From contig NC_068981.1 of assembly GCF_001194135.2 (NCBI RefSeq), forward strand, positions 40,463,033 to 40,527,032: DNA of 64,000 nucleotides, read 5' to 3'. The position numbers and the translations under genes are program-made. Position 1 is the first letter of the stretch; each line of letters starts with the position of its first letter. The notes below the pieces were generated by a model that saw nothing but the letters and a program-made list of their open reading frames with translations, had not been told where the DNA came from and ran no database searches. This document shows positions 37,930 to 52,299 of this stretch, one piece after another. The DNA is from Octopus bimaculoides (Eukaryota).

Positions 37930-39900
37930 AAAAATGTTGGAATTATCAAGCATGGTGATCACTCAAGCTTATATTAAAGACTGATGAATTGTCTCATTTT
38001 GGAATGACAAAGGAGGATATATCCACAGATAATTGTGAGGATTATAGATATAAAACCACCAAAGATTAAGAAGCAATTAGAATCTTTTCTTGGACTAGCA
38101 AATTTCTGTAGGATATACATGAAAATACTATATCAGAAATATTTGCACAAGGTGACTATTCTGCACTATATTTGTCAAGATCATTAATCATAGCTGAAAC
38201 AAGATATTCAAATATTGAAACAGAAACCTTGAAAATTGTATGGTGTACTCAAAGAGCAGGTCATATTCTGCTTGGTCAGAAATTCAAATTCATCTGAGAT
38301 CATAGATCACTAAAATTTATTCTTAGCAAAAGATCATGATTTACTAAAAGCAGCATCTGCATGTATTTTGAGACAACCCTTACAAATGACAGTATGTGGA
38401 TATGGTATATATCATGTTTCTGAAATATCATGTTGGTCACAGTTGAAATTTACAATAATGTTGACATGGATGAAGATGATCATGGTGGAGACTTCTTGTT
38501 CAATAATAATACTTTATCTGGATTATTAAAAAGAGTTTAATCATAATTGGGGAAATTATACTCTGGTTGAAAGGACATTGAAAAATAATTTAACAGTTGA
38601 ACTTGGTGTCTTGTGTAATGGAGGAGTAATTGTTCCACCAACATGTTTGAGAGAAATTTCTGAAATCTATGCACCATTGATTGTATTGGTTGTGGTAACA
38701 ACAAGGAATCAGTTATAATTAGATGTATAGAGGCCAGGTAATTGTGAAGAAGTTGAATGATATATAAGAAGATACTTCACATGCAGTAGAATAAACTAAT
38801 TTTATCTCACACAGTATACCTGGCCTAAAGAAAGTAAAGTATATATATATGTCCATGGCCTAAAAAAAATTAGAATATATATATATGTCTGAGGACGAAT
38901 GGCCTAGTGGTTAGGATGTTATGCTCACGATTATGAGATCATGGTTTCAATTCCTAGACGAAGTACTGTATTGTGTTCTTGAGCAAAAACACTTATCTTG
39001 TATTACTCTGCAATCACTTGGACATCTGACACGTGGTACACTATGCACCTGTTCAGGCAATGTTTGATTTGATGTGGGGGGGAGTGAGCTAATGTACAGC
39101 ACATACATTTGATTACTATAAACAAGTCATTTTGCAAAATAGCTGAACACTCATATGTCATCTTCGATGAGAGAGTCCATCGTATGTATATATGTCTTTA
39201 TACGGATCACGTTTGTGTCAAGAATTTGCAACTTTTCTTAATATTGTCGATGCATACTCTGCACAACCAGAAGTAATAAGAACTTGGAATAAAGATGCTG
39301 AAATATTTAGACAGGTATTTGAAACTGGTGCTTTAGAAACATTATATCAAACAATACCTGTGACTGTCATGTTATATGACTTATGTACACTGGTAATGAA
39401 ATCATATGTAAACCCATGAAAATATCTCTGTATTATATGGAAATGCTGAAAGAATGGTTGTTAATGTTAAGGAGAGCTTAAAAGCATATTCACCAAATAA
39501 CAGTTCTCTTAGTACATATTTCATCCTCATGCATTGGAGTTTGGGATAATTTCTCACTCAAGGAGTGTTCCTAGTCTAGTGACTTTGATGAGCAGCCAAA
39601 TATGATCACCATTAGCAATTCTAAAGAAACTATATCTTCAGTTTAGTATTGATGTAGAAGAAATTAATGTACCACAAGATAGATTTATATCTCAAGCAGG
39701 CAATATCACAGTTGTGATTCTAAAAGGAGAACAGGGTATATTTAACTCATGCAGACCAAACAAACTCTGAAAATATATTAACAAATCAGCCCTTCCTGCT
39801 TTGAATGAAATTCCAGATTCAATTAATAAAGACTGTGATTTGACAACTGATACATTAACAAAACATTGCAAATGGCATTAGAGGCTGTTCTCAAGTAACG
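37930..39900 (+). mobile_element. Gypsy-type LTR retrotransposon pol remnant (RT connection, RNase H, integrase)
   Basis: KPPKIKKQLESFLGLANFC (~38050-38110), AETRYSNIETETLKIVW..LLGQKFKFI*DHRSL (~38190-38315), IVDAYSAQPEV (~39243-39275), GNAERMV (~39439-39460). The order RNase H then integrase is Gypsy-like. No LTRs seen; ends approximate. Confidence 0.8.
38887..39190 (+). mobile_element. tRNA-derived SINE, family D, inserted in the Gypsy remnant
   Basis: ggacgaatggcctagtggttagg (A box)...ggtttcaattcc (B box)...gtgttcttgagcaaaaacactt; head and central part shared with 62135-62410. Confidence 0.7.
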
Positions 39901-42436
39901 AAAGGAATTAATCCAATTTGGTTCTGGGTAATGCAATTTAACTGATATGCTAATATTATTGCACCATTACATATATTCTACTTACTTACGTGTGATCAAG
40001 ATTATTTAAGAGGGCTACTAGTTCAATGTTGAGGAGCTTGGACATTCAAGATGTAAAAAGCATGTGACTACAGCTTTACTTGTATAAACACAGTACAACA
40101 GAACGAAATTAAACAATAAATATATTCAAAAGCCTCTTACTCAGAGTATTTACTAATTGTAACACAGTGAATATTTTTGGCCTGTTATTCATTGAAACAT
40201 AAAACCAGTATACCAACATACTCAAACTGTTGATAATTTGCTATGCTTGGATACTGTCAAAAGTCTTTTTTATATTTTTCCATCACATATTTGGCTTACT
40301 TCTCCATACCATCACACTGATATTATCCAGAAAGATTTGCCTGTCATTCACAAGCCAGGACTAACAATTATCAGTGAGTTCTCCTGCATTTATGAAGTTA
40401 AATCCACTGAAGGTTTACAAATTCCAAGCAAATATTTATTTTAGTTGATACAAATTCCAATAGCATAATTGTATTTATCTCATATACTTCATTTAACCTG
40501 TTTTACGACAAAGAAACTACATCATCTCTACTCATTACTAATACTTTTCCTATATTTTGATTTATGACTACCAGTCTACTCTTCTAACCTTGCTACAATA
40601 AGTTGACATGAAACATTTTTCAGTCTTGATGTTTACCCTTTCTTAAATCAATAAGCACTCTCTCTTCTTAACACATCATAGCAAGTAATATATTGTGTAC
40701 TTATTCAAAAATAGAGTGTTAATGTACATTGATCAGCCTACTAATAAGTAAAATATGCATACCATCATCTGAAAAAAATTCTAGTCTCTTAAGAACAGCT
40801 ACTATTTATTCTGAGACAGTTGTACAAACTAGAAAGCTATAGTTTTAAAACTTACTGAATATAAACATAAACCAATCTAAAATACAAATAATATAATTGA
40901 TCTGAGGTTGATACATTAGAATATCCTTTCTTTTTCCCTTTTAATGTAAGACGAACTATGGGTTCATGTATGCCTGTGTGTTTAGAAAGTTTGCTTTGCA
41001 ATCATGTGCCTCTGATTCTGATACCATTTTGGGATACTTTCAGCCATTCTTGTATTGACCAATAAGCTATGAGGGTAGAATTAGGTAGACGTAAACTTGG
41101 TAGAATCCCATTATATGTGTGTGTGTGCATGTGTTTTTGCATTTATTTTGTGATTGTATATCAACAAAAGATTCAGATATTGGTGTGAAAACTGAAAATA
41201 ACTGCATTTGAAATTAAGTACTTTGTAATATTAAAATTAGAGACACTGTGTCATACTCGGCATCAGAAATCCAATAAATCATTAATTAGCTTCATTGGAA
41301 ATCTGTATCCAATGATACTGTAGCTCACCAACTGTGTCATAAAATATAATAATAAATAAATATAGTTTATAATATTCCAAAATGATCAGCTGCTTTCAGT
41401 CAGAATTGATGGCAACCACTCGACATGGCAGCTATTCAATAATATAAATTCCATTTCTTGCAAACTTAACCATTCTAAAATTTCTTGTCTGAGATATTTT
41501 TCCTCTTCTATAATTGGCCTTGTGAATGAAATTATAGGAAATATCAATCTTCTGAGAGTCTGGCTAGATAACAGATTGAATTTTCTGGTCAGCAAATTTC
41601 TTGAAATATGATCAAATATATTTCCTTAATTTTTAAACCACCAGGAATCATTGTTCTCATCCTGCTTAGTGAGATCTAATTAAAAGTACATCATATCTAT
41701 TTTAAGTAGAAAAATCAATGATTATAGTATTTGCTCTATAAGTGTTGCATCTGTATTGGATACAAATTTCTTATTTTCCTGTCAAGTGCCTAATTAAAAC
41801 ACACAGTTGTTACCTAATCAATTTTACCACATTAACATAATACTCATCTCTTCTAAATTATATGTATCTTCATCATTTTTTTCTTTATTCAACACTTTTT
41901 TTATTTATTCAACAATTTCAAAAAAAAAAACCAACTGCTTCACTTAAAATATGCACAAAGGAAAGATGTTTTATCCCTTGCTAGAAAATCTTACAAAATT
42001 TATTTTAAAATATATATTTATTTTTGTATATTGCTACCAATTGAAAGAGCTAAATATTGAAAAACATAAATAATCAAAATCTTTTAATATTGAAATTTTC
42101 AGTTTATTTTCATATTCACAAATCGCTGCATTGACCTCAAAATGAAATGCTTTGTTAGAAATATCTTTCNNNNNNNNNNNNNNNNNNNNNNNNNNNNNNN
42201 NNNNNNNNNNNNNNNNNNNNNNNNNNNNNNNNNNNNNNNNNNNNNNNNNNNNNNNNNNNNNNNNNNNNNNNNNNNNNNNNNNNNNNNNNNNNNNNNNNNN
42301 NNNNNNNNNNNNNNNNNNNNNNNNNNNNNNNNNNNNNNNNNNNATATATATATATATATAGTTCTGTTATAGTTGCAGCAGATATTGAGGAGAAATGATG
42401 ATTAAAAGATCAGCCAATACCTTCTTTTCATTTCAG

Positions 42437-42490
42437 TGGATCCTTTTGATGATGATGAAACTCCAAATCCAATATTTTCAAATAAATATG
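42437..42490 (+). CDS. Candidate 54-nt internal exon of an unidentified gene
   Basis: cttcttttcatttcag|...aaatatg|gtgagt; open as xDPFDDDETPNPIFSNKY(G) (phase 1, symmetric) and also in phase 0. Confidence 0.4.
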
Positions 42491-43499
42491 GTGAGTTTGG
42501 TTTTGTGTCAGTCCTCTACATCAGAGGTCTGACACAGAGACAATGGCTTCCCTCTAAACAAACCAGTATTGAAGTGGAGTTTTTATGGGTTTTGTTTTTA
42601 AATTGAAAATAATCTCTTACTTAGACAGGAGTATTAATTACAATCTGTCAATAATTTAATGAACGTAATTGAATTACAAATTAGAATTCTGTTCACTTCC
42701 AGGGGATCTAGATATATTAACAATATTCTCAGTTTGCCAACAGCTTATTAATAAAGCATTGAACTATTGACACAGATATTTAATTACAGTCCACTTTATC
42801 TTCATTTGCATATGAAGATAAGACAGCAGTCATATCTAGATTGAAAACCGAAGATATCATTTTCCTTCCTCTTGTTCATATCTCTACACTGGGCAAGATA
42901 TATCACATTGTGCATTTCCCTGTCAAGACTACAATGGATGTATCAGAATGCTTGGTATGTGATGAGTATTTTTTTAAATTATTGGTTAATCAGTGTAAGA
43001 AAATAAACTCCCTTGACCTTTGGAAGCACCCTCAACCTTAGGAGATTTCTATAGTCGGTCTTCTTATAGGACTTTTCCTAGTTGATATCTAGAGGAAAAA
43101 TTTATGAGGAAAGAAATCCAGAATATTGTAAGCCTGTGAAGGATATCCATGGAGTATAAGACATAATAGGGAAAAGAGAATAAGAGTCAAGTGTGTCTAA
43201 TGGACTGGAGTAGGAGAGTAATGGAGCTTTCAATTCAGAAGAGCAAAGGTGTTATATTTGTAGTAGATGAGGTAATGATGGAATAGATCATACTGACTGA
43301 AAAGCAAATCTAATCTTCTGAATGCAAATTTGACAATAACGTGTGTTTGTGTGAACATAGTTGCTATGAGGGATCATAAATTATATAACATAATATAAGA
43401 ACTTCAATTATGTTGTTCAAGTACAGAGTCTAGTGTATGATCGTTTTCCTCATATGTTTTGTGATTTGTCTTCATCCTGTTGAAGACAACTAAGTTATC

Positions 43500-45420
43500 T
43501 TATTCCAATGACAGTCATGACAAAGCATAACTGTTTGAAAATGTCTGTACACTTGTACTTAATATTACAGAGGACTGAAGGACAGTAGTATCTGCATATC
43601 AGTGAGTGTCATTGGTAGTGACAAGCATGTCAATAGTATAAAGATTCTTGGAGATACAACCCAATATGTAATAGAATGTGAGTCATAAACACCCTTGTCG
43701 ATATACATTAAGCTTTTGTGGATGTAAGGGGAAACTTCCAGTCCAAAAACTGAGAGAGATGAATGACATAGATGCGCAGTATAATGTGGTGGTTCTCTTA
43801 CTAGACATAGTTAAAGATGTTGCAGACATCAAGGTCAACAAAATTGTTTTCAGTAATGTTCCCATAAACAAGCAATCACTGGTGTACAACATCAGAGGAA
43901 AAATGTCTGGTAGAATTGACTCTATGGAAACACTGCTAGTGGTTGCTGAGAAAGGGAAGAAATATAAGTTAATTAAAGAGGTAATTTTTTTATGGTTGTC
44001 TTCATCACTGCATACTGAAAGTGGTGATAACAGATCAATAGTGACAGGGGAGAGAGAGAGAAAGATTAACTTTCTTAGGAGTGGAGAACACTATTGCATG
44101 CTTCCATAGACTGGCATAGATCCTTGTAGAAAGACTGGAGAGTTTGGTGAAGGTTTATCTCTGATAGACATTGTTTGAGGGTAGTAGAAGTGACACTCTT
44201 GGAACTGGCTACCTTGTTTGGTGGAGTGATCAGGGAAATTTTACAAATCAGTTATATGATTGAGGGGTTAACAGAATTCAAGGAGAGTTTGGGATGAATG
44301 TTGTTGGTGGGGTGAATCAGTTCAGAATTGGAAGTAAAAATGGTATTTACAGAGCCATTTTATTTGAAAAGTGAGAGATAGGAGGATTTTCCAGTATTGG
44401 TAGAGACTCTCTTGACAAAAGACCAGAAAACTGGCTGCAATTTGGAATATGATAGAGCTTCAAACATGCAATGCCCAAAACGATATCTTGTTTTCCTGAT
44501 AGTGGTCTTGCAAGTACTGAAGGTTGTGGTGATTGATGACTTTCAGGTGTTTTTAGATCGTATTCTTTGTTTATAATGTTCAGGAGTTATGGGCTTTGAT
44601 CCTGTAAAGAATTTGAATTGCCATACCTAAGAAGATAGTTTCAATTACTGACCTAGCTGTCTTAGATGGTTCAGAGATGAAAAAACCTTGTTGCTAAAGA
44701 GAGCATAGAATTTACGGAGCTCTCAATAATTTGGTGACTTAAAAAACCACCAGATTCAAGGAGACAATATTGATTAGGGAGGAAGCAAGTGATCTGATAG
44801 GTACAGAGATTGTTTTGATTCTGTGAAATCTGTGTTTGAAGCAAGAAACAGTTGATGAGGTTTTGGACATTTACTGTGGTACCAGTTAGATGTATGAGAA
44901 GGTGAGATAATTAATTGATACATATAGTTTACAAGAGCAATGAATTAGGCCTCTGCACCTTGAGTATTAGTAGTGAAGGTGTCAGAATGATGAACTTACA
45001 GAGAGGTGATGTGTAATAGATGTCTTTAGTGCAATGTAAGAGGTAGTCAAATAATTGATATTAATCTAAAGTGTGTAGAGAGTAATAGAGACACCAGATG
45101 ATATTAGAATGAGTGGGAATTGGACTTTGAACTAGAGATATATTTGTTGCTAATATCTAGGTGTGAAAGGTGAGTGGTTGGAACAGGGGGTTACATATGC
45201 ACAAACACAGCCTTTCAGAGCAATGTGGGAATATCAATGATGAGTTAGACTATAAGAAATGTGTCTGAGAAATGTTTGAAATTGGAAATTGCATATTAGT
45301 AGGAGCAGGATAGTACTAAAGCTGGATCACACTCCATGGATGTCAATGTAGAAGAAGGAGAGTTCTTCAGCAAATTGACTTGTTCTGTATAAACAAATTC
45401 CTACATTATTTGAATTTTAA
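43500..45420 (-). mobile_element. Heavily deleted CR1/L2-like LINE remnant
   Basis: Minus strand: FWSFVKR (~44430-44405), LKQC...WKHAIVFSTPKK (~44180-44070; G.VP..WK.A.V.P..KK motif), NNFVDLDVCNIFN (~43850-43810, RT C-terminal region). Clade assignment tentative. Confidence 0.6.
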
Positions 45421-46191
45421 AATGTTTTGAACTGGAGAGCCTTTCATAAGTCAGTAGTTAAGAGTTAGTAATTATCTTAAAGAGACAGCAATATAGACTA
45501 GTTTTTTAATGAATCTATGTATATGTGTGTATATATATATATATNNNNNNNNNNNNNNNNNNNNNNNNNNNNNNNNNNNNNNNNNNNNNNNNNNNNNNNN
45601 NNNNNNNNNNNNNNNNNNNNNNNNNNNNNNNNNNNNNNNNNNNNNNNNNNNNNNNNNNNNNNNNNNNNNNNNNNNNNNNNNNNNNNNNNNNNNNNNNNNN
45701 NNNNNNNNNNNNNNNNNNNNNNNNNNNNNNNNNNNNNNNNNNNNNNNNNNNNNNNNNNNNNNNNNNNNNNNNNNNNNNNNNNNNNNNNNNNNNNNNNNNN
45801 NNNNNNNNNNNNNNNNNNNNNNNNNNNNNNNNNNNNNNNNNNNNNNNNNNNNNNNNNNNNNNNNNNNNNNNNNNNNNNNNNNNNNNNNNNNNNNNNNNNN
45901 NNNNNNNNNNNNNNNNNNNNNNNNNNNNNNNNNNNNNNNNNNNNNNNNNNNNNNNNNNNNNNNNNNNNNNNNNNNNNNNNNNNNNNNNNNNNNNNNNNNN
46001 NNNNNNNNNNNNNNNNNNNNNNNNNNNNNNNNNNNNNNNNNNNNNNNNNNNNNNNNNNNNNNNNNNNNNNNNNNNNNNNNNNNNNNNNNNNNNNNNNNNN
46101 NNNNNNNNNNNNNNATATATACACGTAATGTGTTTGCGTGTATGTGTGTGTATAAATATATATTCACACACACACAAAGAACCAGATGCTA

Positions 46192-46440
46192 TTAGGCTGG
46201 TGCATAGTTATTGCGGCTTTTTTTCAATAAATTTTATTCAACAAAAACAATAACAACATTTAACAAAAACATCTTTAAATGATTATTCCGACCAGCTGCC
46301 AAGCAAATGGGAAGCAGTAATTGAGGTAAATAGTGAATATGCTCCGGAATAATCATTTAAATATATTTTTGTTAAATGTTATTGTTTTTGCTGAATGAAA
46401 TTTATTGCAAAAGAGCTGCAATAATTATGCACCAACCTAA
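46192..46440. mobile_element. Mariner MITE with long TIRs and a transposase C-terminal remnant
   Basis: TA-ttaggctggtgcatagttattgcggc ... gctgcaataattatgcaccaacctaa-TA (Hsmar1/MADE1-like end); core reads LPSKWEAVIEVNSEYAPE*. Confidence 0.88.
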
Positions 46441-47352
46441 TACATTGCTTAGTGAGTGATGGGCTTCGCTAAATGTAAAATACTTCTTAAGCACATTCAA
46501 ACATGATAATCAAAATCATTGATACTACCAGGCATAACAGAGATCATTGGTTATGCCTGTCATTATACACCATTGTGAAGATAAAATGATGGTGACAAGG
46601 GACTAAATTGTATTGTAGGTGATAGTATTGTTTAATTACCGTATGTCTCAGTGCCAAACCAATTTTAGGCCATGAGAATGACAATAGTAATAGCATTTCT
46701 GGAACTATTTTGAGATCATTTAAAGTTGCTATATATAAATTCAGTGTTACGTACTGTTTCTACAATATCTAGTCTAAATGAACAGTTCTCCTGGGAGATG
46801 AGAAAAAGACATAATGATAATCACCGAATACAATGATCAGAAGCTAACAGATGCAAGTATTCCTGTCTAAAATATACACTAACTTCAGCTTCAATACATT
46901 GATTTAAATGATTCCTCCCTTCCCTCTTCACTATTTCAATTATTAACTGTCTTAATATCTTACTTTCACTGTGATCCCTTCATTTTTTGTATTGGTTAAT
47001 CTATGCACCTGATTTATTTAGCAGTTTGAATCCTTTTGAAAGATTTACTATTTTTTTATTTTTGTTTTTCATCTTTCAGAAATGAAGATTTTTTTCTCTT
47101 TTGTTTTCTGTTTATTGATTCAATTTCTTTTCGTTTTTGGCTTTTCCGTTTCCTGTTACACTTTAATTTACCTGAGGTTTTCTCTTGAAGTGTTTTGCTT
47201 TTGATATGAATGTTATCCTAAATAGAAAAATCTGTTTTATCCTGATCTATTTTTATTGTTCTTGTTCGTGTCAGAGTTATTTTGCTTTATTTCAAATGTT
47301 TCAGTTTCCTTTTGCATGGCACCAAACAAAATTTTAGCCAGTTAGGTATTAC

Positions 47353-47452
47353 CTGCTGTAGTGCCTCCCTGTTTGCTGGTGAGTTCTGCTATTTGCCGCA
47401 GTGCTCTGTAATTGCCAAAGTGCTCACTACCTGTTGGGGTGTCCACAACCTG
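47353..47452 (-). CDS. Candidate 100-nt exon of an unidentified gene
   Basis: Minus strand tttatacttcattttacag|CAG (NAGNAG)...gcag|gtaata; only phase 0 is open: QVVDTPTGSEHFGNYRALRQIAELTSKQGGTTA; locally GC-rich. Confidence 0.3.
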
Positions 47453-48760
47453 CTGTAAAATGAAGTATAAACCATTCATTTGTTTTTTTCCTTTTTTGTG
47501 TTTCTTTTTCATGATCCCAATCTGCTGGACTCCAATAGTGGGTGATTACATGGTTGTTTATGGTAATTTCATTGTTCCTTCTTTCTGGAAGCACAAATAT
47601 TAACTAACCAATAAAAAGATTGGAATCACATGTAATAATATAAATAATTTAACCAAATAAGATTTGCTTGATTAATTAAATAGATACAACTTAACAGATA
47701 GGTATCCTTAAAATCCCAGAATAACAATTATCCTAAATGACCAATTGTATTGGTTTAAAATTTTAGTAATTTTGAATTAAGAAAAATATATGCTACTTAA
47801 TTATGTATAAAAACTTCATTATTTTTTGTTACTCATAGAATTTGCACAATTATTCTCACCTTTCTTATTTATAAATTATATCTTAATAACTAATACTCTA
47901 ATCTCTACATATCTTATGTACATCCATAAACTAAATTCTTCTATATTTTAACAATTCTTCAAATCACAAAAAAGTTATTGTTTAATAAACAAATAAGGAT
48001 AATAATTTCAAATTATCAAATAATAAATGACCAACATTTAAACTTTAAAAAAGTCTAATTATTCAATAAAGTTCAACAAAATATTTTGTGATTCTGTCGA
48101 AAGGTGAAGCCAAAAGAAAAAGATATTTTCAATTTAATTTTTTATGCTAACTTATTTGAAGCTTTGATCTCTTTTTTTAACAGACCAAGATGTTTTTTCT
48201 TAGAAATATTTGACTAAATGTTTCAGATTAAATGTCATTTAAATATCAAATAAAATTTCCGTAACCATTTAGTAAAAAATTAGAATGAAATTTTTTAAAA
48301 AATATTTTATGAAAATAAATGCCTATGCAAAAATGTTAGTAATGATTTCTTTGGTTTATATATTAGCTAAATAGGAAAAGATAATGGGTGAAACTGTTGG
48401 GGAAATATAATTTTCTTTCACAATGCATTTAGCCTGCTTGATTATTGACCACTTTGAGCAACATACTGAAGGTTAATCAGTAAAACTTCAATAACACTGG
48501 CTACCTATATTGGTGAAGCCTTACACTTTGATTCATCAGTTGTCAGTCAAATGGATCTTAATTAAATCATTGGATTCTAGGATCAAAAAGAATTTTAAAC
48601 AATTTTTTGATACTATACTATTTTCCATTTCATCCATAACACAGTTAAAAGCCATTTTCCTTTTGATGATAAATAGCCAATGTAAATTGAAACCTGTGCT
48701 TGTTGAAGTGATACTGTACACTATAATTGCTCTCTTTCTCTCTCTCTCTCTCTCTTTCTT

Positions 48761-48791
<31 letters not shown>

Positions 48792-49032
48792 TTCTCTCTT
48801 TCTCTCTCTCNNNNNNNNNNNNNNNNNNNNNNNNNNNNNNNNNNNNNNNNNNNNNNNNNNNNNNNNNNNNNNNNNNNNNNNNNNNNNNNNNNNTGTTTAT
48901 ATTGTGCCAAATATGAATAATTAACGTCTTCGTTAGTTTCACCATCCCACACCCTGTGCACAATTTGTTTGGTGTTTAAATTAGATTATTAATGTCAAAA
49001 TACTTCATATTTAGCACTTTATTCTGACCCCC

Positions 49033-49067
<35 letters not shown>

Positions 49068-49454
49068 AGATTACTGAGAAGGCAACATCTGAAACACGTG
49101 TGCACATGCGTGCGCACACACACACATACACACACATAAGGTAAACAGGAATTACATAGCCAAAACAGTCATTGTTTGAGTTCCTGACAAGGAATGTCTG
49201 ACTGTGAGCAGGTCAAAATAAGTTCACTTCTTTTGTTTAGGATTAGAGTAAGGAAAAATCATATGAATTTTCTCGGCAAGACTGAGTTTGCAAAACTTCA
49301 ACCCAGTCTTCAATATTTGATGTTTTATCACAGAGGATAAGTACAATTATAAGTAAATATATCTGAAGACTATAATTAAGTCTCCCACTAAATTGAATAA
49401 TAATTATAGTAAGAATGATGTGTTTTTTTGTTTTATAATTTATAGACAAGACAC

Positions 49455-49850
49455 AGGTGTGGTTGTGTGATAAGACATTTACTTCCCAATCATATGCTTC
49501 TAGATTCAGTCCCACTGTGTGGCACCTTAGGCAAGTGTCTTTTACTATAGCCTTGAGTCAACTAAAGTCTTGTGAGTGGATGGAAACTGACATAAACCTG
49601 TTGCATATATATATATCTGTGTGTGTGTGTCACCACCACCACCACCACCACCACTTCACAACCGGTGTTCTTGTACTTATGTCCCCATGACTAGCAATTC
49701 AGAAAAAGAGACTGATAGAATAAGTATTAAGCTTTTAAAAAACATAATTACTGGGGGTTGATTCATCTGACTAAGAATTCTTCAAGGCAGTGCTCCTGCA
49801 TGGCCATTGTCTAATGACTGAAACAAGTAAAAGGTAAAAGGTAAAACTCT
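49455..49850 (+). mobile_element. SINE family B with internal microsatellite and ...gaaacaagtaaaag tail
   Basis: gtgtggttgtgtgataagacatttacttcccaatcatatgcttctagattcagtcccactgtgtggcaccttaggc... to ...ctaatgactgaaacaagtaaaagg. Confidence 0.7.
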
Positions 49851-51155
49851 AAATTTATAAGTTAGATAATTTAGATCAAATAATATTCATTCTCTTACTA
49901 AAGATAACACTAAGAGTTCACTAAAATGGTTGTCTGAAATATAAAAGAGAGAGAGAGAGAGAGAGAGAAAATAAGTACGGCTTGCAGACAATCAGCTTTT
50001 CTTCTACTCTACAATATCTGCATAATGGTAGATATCTGCATAATGTTCCCAAGCAAGATGATAATTTTCTATGACTTGACATGTTTCTATCAAAGATTGG
50101 AAAGAAGGGACACCACCTGAATGATAGTGGCAGTCACTCACAGTTATCACATGATTTCAAAACTGACACAAACATAAACACATAGATATACACATATACA
50201 TATGCATATACACATACTCTTAAGTTGGACTGAACCCCAAGCCATGTGATTGAGAAGAAAACTTCATAACCATTTAATCATGCCTCTCCTTTTATGATAA
50301 CATCATCATCATCATCATCATCATCCTTTAACATCCATTTTCCATGCTAGAAATGTATCAATGCCTCTATTACTCCTTCCTTTTTGAGCCCACAAGGCAA
50401 CCCTCATGGAGTTGCTCAAATTCCCAGGAATAGCTACAAAATTTCCCTTAATTCACACTCTGTGGTTTATTTTATTTTTTTTTTTTTTGATAGAAAAGTA
50501 AAGTTCTTTTTGGGGTGGGAGGGATTAATGTTGGTCTATAATCACTATGTCTGGATAGAGAAAAATGGGATAGTCACATGGAACATCTTTTTATCATTTA
50601 TCTGCTCAGTCAAAGCTAGCCTGGGTCCAAATATTAACAAAACAATCTCCTTTATTTTTTCCTTCCACCTGTCCCTTCTCTTTTATTTCTATCAATTTTT
50701 CACTACAAGCTGATTCAAATTATTTATCTAATTTGATTGAAAGAAAAGTAATTCCTGAATATAACCGTCACCATAAAATCTTAGGTTGAGTAGTTACCTA
50801 AATATAGTATTGTTTAAAACTTCTTTTTTCTCAAATAAATAATAGGATTTTTACATATTTCCAGAAATTCTTTAATGTTTTTTTTTTCATTTCTTTTTTA
50901 ATCTTAATGTGATTCCAAGTTATTAACCCAAGCTTCATTGTCATTGCTGTTAATATTCATATGGTGCCTCGCAAAATGTTAAAATTGTCTTGATTCTACT
51001 ATTTTTATTTTATTATTCTTTTTTTTTTTGTGAATGTTATCCCTGCTTTTGCAAATTGATTTTTTTTCTCATAATTGGCTTAATACTTGCACATGTCACC
51101 ACATGTATCCCAACACAAATACAAGCGCGAGCAAATGCACACATGAACACACATA

Positions 51156-51204
<49 letters not shown>

Positions 51205-51359
51205 TATATATACACCCCCATATGGTTCACTCACTAGTTTTTTTCATTTTTCTCTTTATTATTCATTCTCCTTCAGTGTCTTTCTTGAATCTAAACCAAT
51301 AAATAACTTCTTTATATATATTTATACATATGTATACATATATAGTCTTTTACTAAAAT

Positions 51360-51560
51360 GGTAAACGAGCAGAATCATTAGCATACTGGATGAAATGCTT
51401 AATGGCATTTCTTTCAGCTTTATGAGCTGAATTCAAATGACACTAAGGTTGACCTCTCCTTTCATTCTTTTCGGGAGTTGATAAAATAAAGTATCAGTTG
51501 AGCACTGGGGTCAATGTAATCAACTTATCCCCACCCTAGCACTAAAATTGGAATCAATTA
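51360..51560 (+). mobile_element. SINE family A
   Basis: gagcagaatcattagcatactggatgaaatgctt...ggttgacctctcctttcattc...aagtatcagttgagcactggggtcaatgtaatc. Confidence 0.7.
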
Positions 51561-52299
51561 CATATTCTTTTATTGTTTTCTCTTTGGACTGCAACCACAC
51601 TGTGGTATTGTTGATGATATCAACACTGCCAGTATTTTGGTTCTTGTTCAATTGATCTTATGTAGGGCAGAAACCAAGTTAACCTAACCATAAAAGTATA
51701 TATCTCAGATGTAACTAAACTAATATATAATCATCTGATAAGCTTCCACACAGTTTTCATGTTCTGCCTTAAGGCCAGGAAGAAGATATTTACCAAGGTG
51801 GGACATAGTGAGATTGAACTCAGTTCCTGGTGGGCAGGAGTAAAGCAAAATTCTTAAACACATAGAGATGTCTATGGTTATTAATTCTTTATACCACAAG
51901 ATTCTGTACACATTTTATCAATCAGATTCCACTTACAAGGTCAACCTGAAGCTCTGGTAGACCACACTTATGCAAAGTGTTATGCAGGACTTTCAAACCT
52001 GGAATTATGTGGTTGCAAAACAAGGTTGGCAACCACATAACCATGTCTTTGCCAAAGTTTCAAAGTAGTAGTGTATGATACTAAATAGCAATATGATACT
52101 GGCTTTCTACCCTCTGTATCATGAATTCAAATGTTGCTGAATTTGACTTTGCTATTTATCTTTCCAGAATCAATGAAGTAGATACCAGTAATATACTAAA
52201 GTTAATTCAATGCTCTACATCATACATCTCTAAGGAAAAGAGTTTTGTTCTTGTGCCTCATTCAAAGGAAGCAGTAATAATTATAAGTGAAGTTAGGGA

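Noticed and set aside
47590-48080. AT-rich stretch with a possible mitochondrial ND2-like PKW motif (NUMT)
   Set aside because: No continuous frame in the invertebrate mitochondrial code and no LPP..GF motif; needs a BLAST against the mitogenome.
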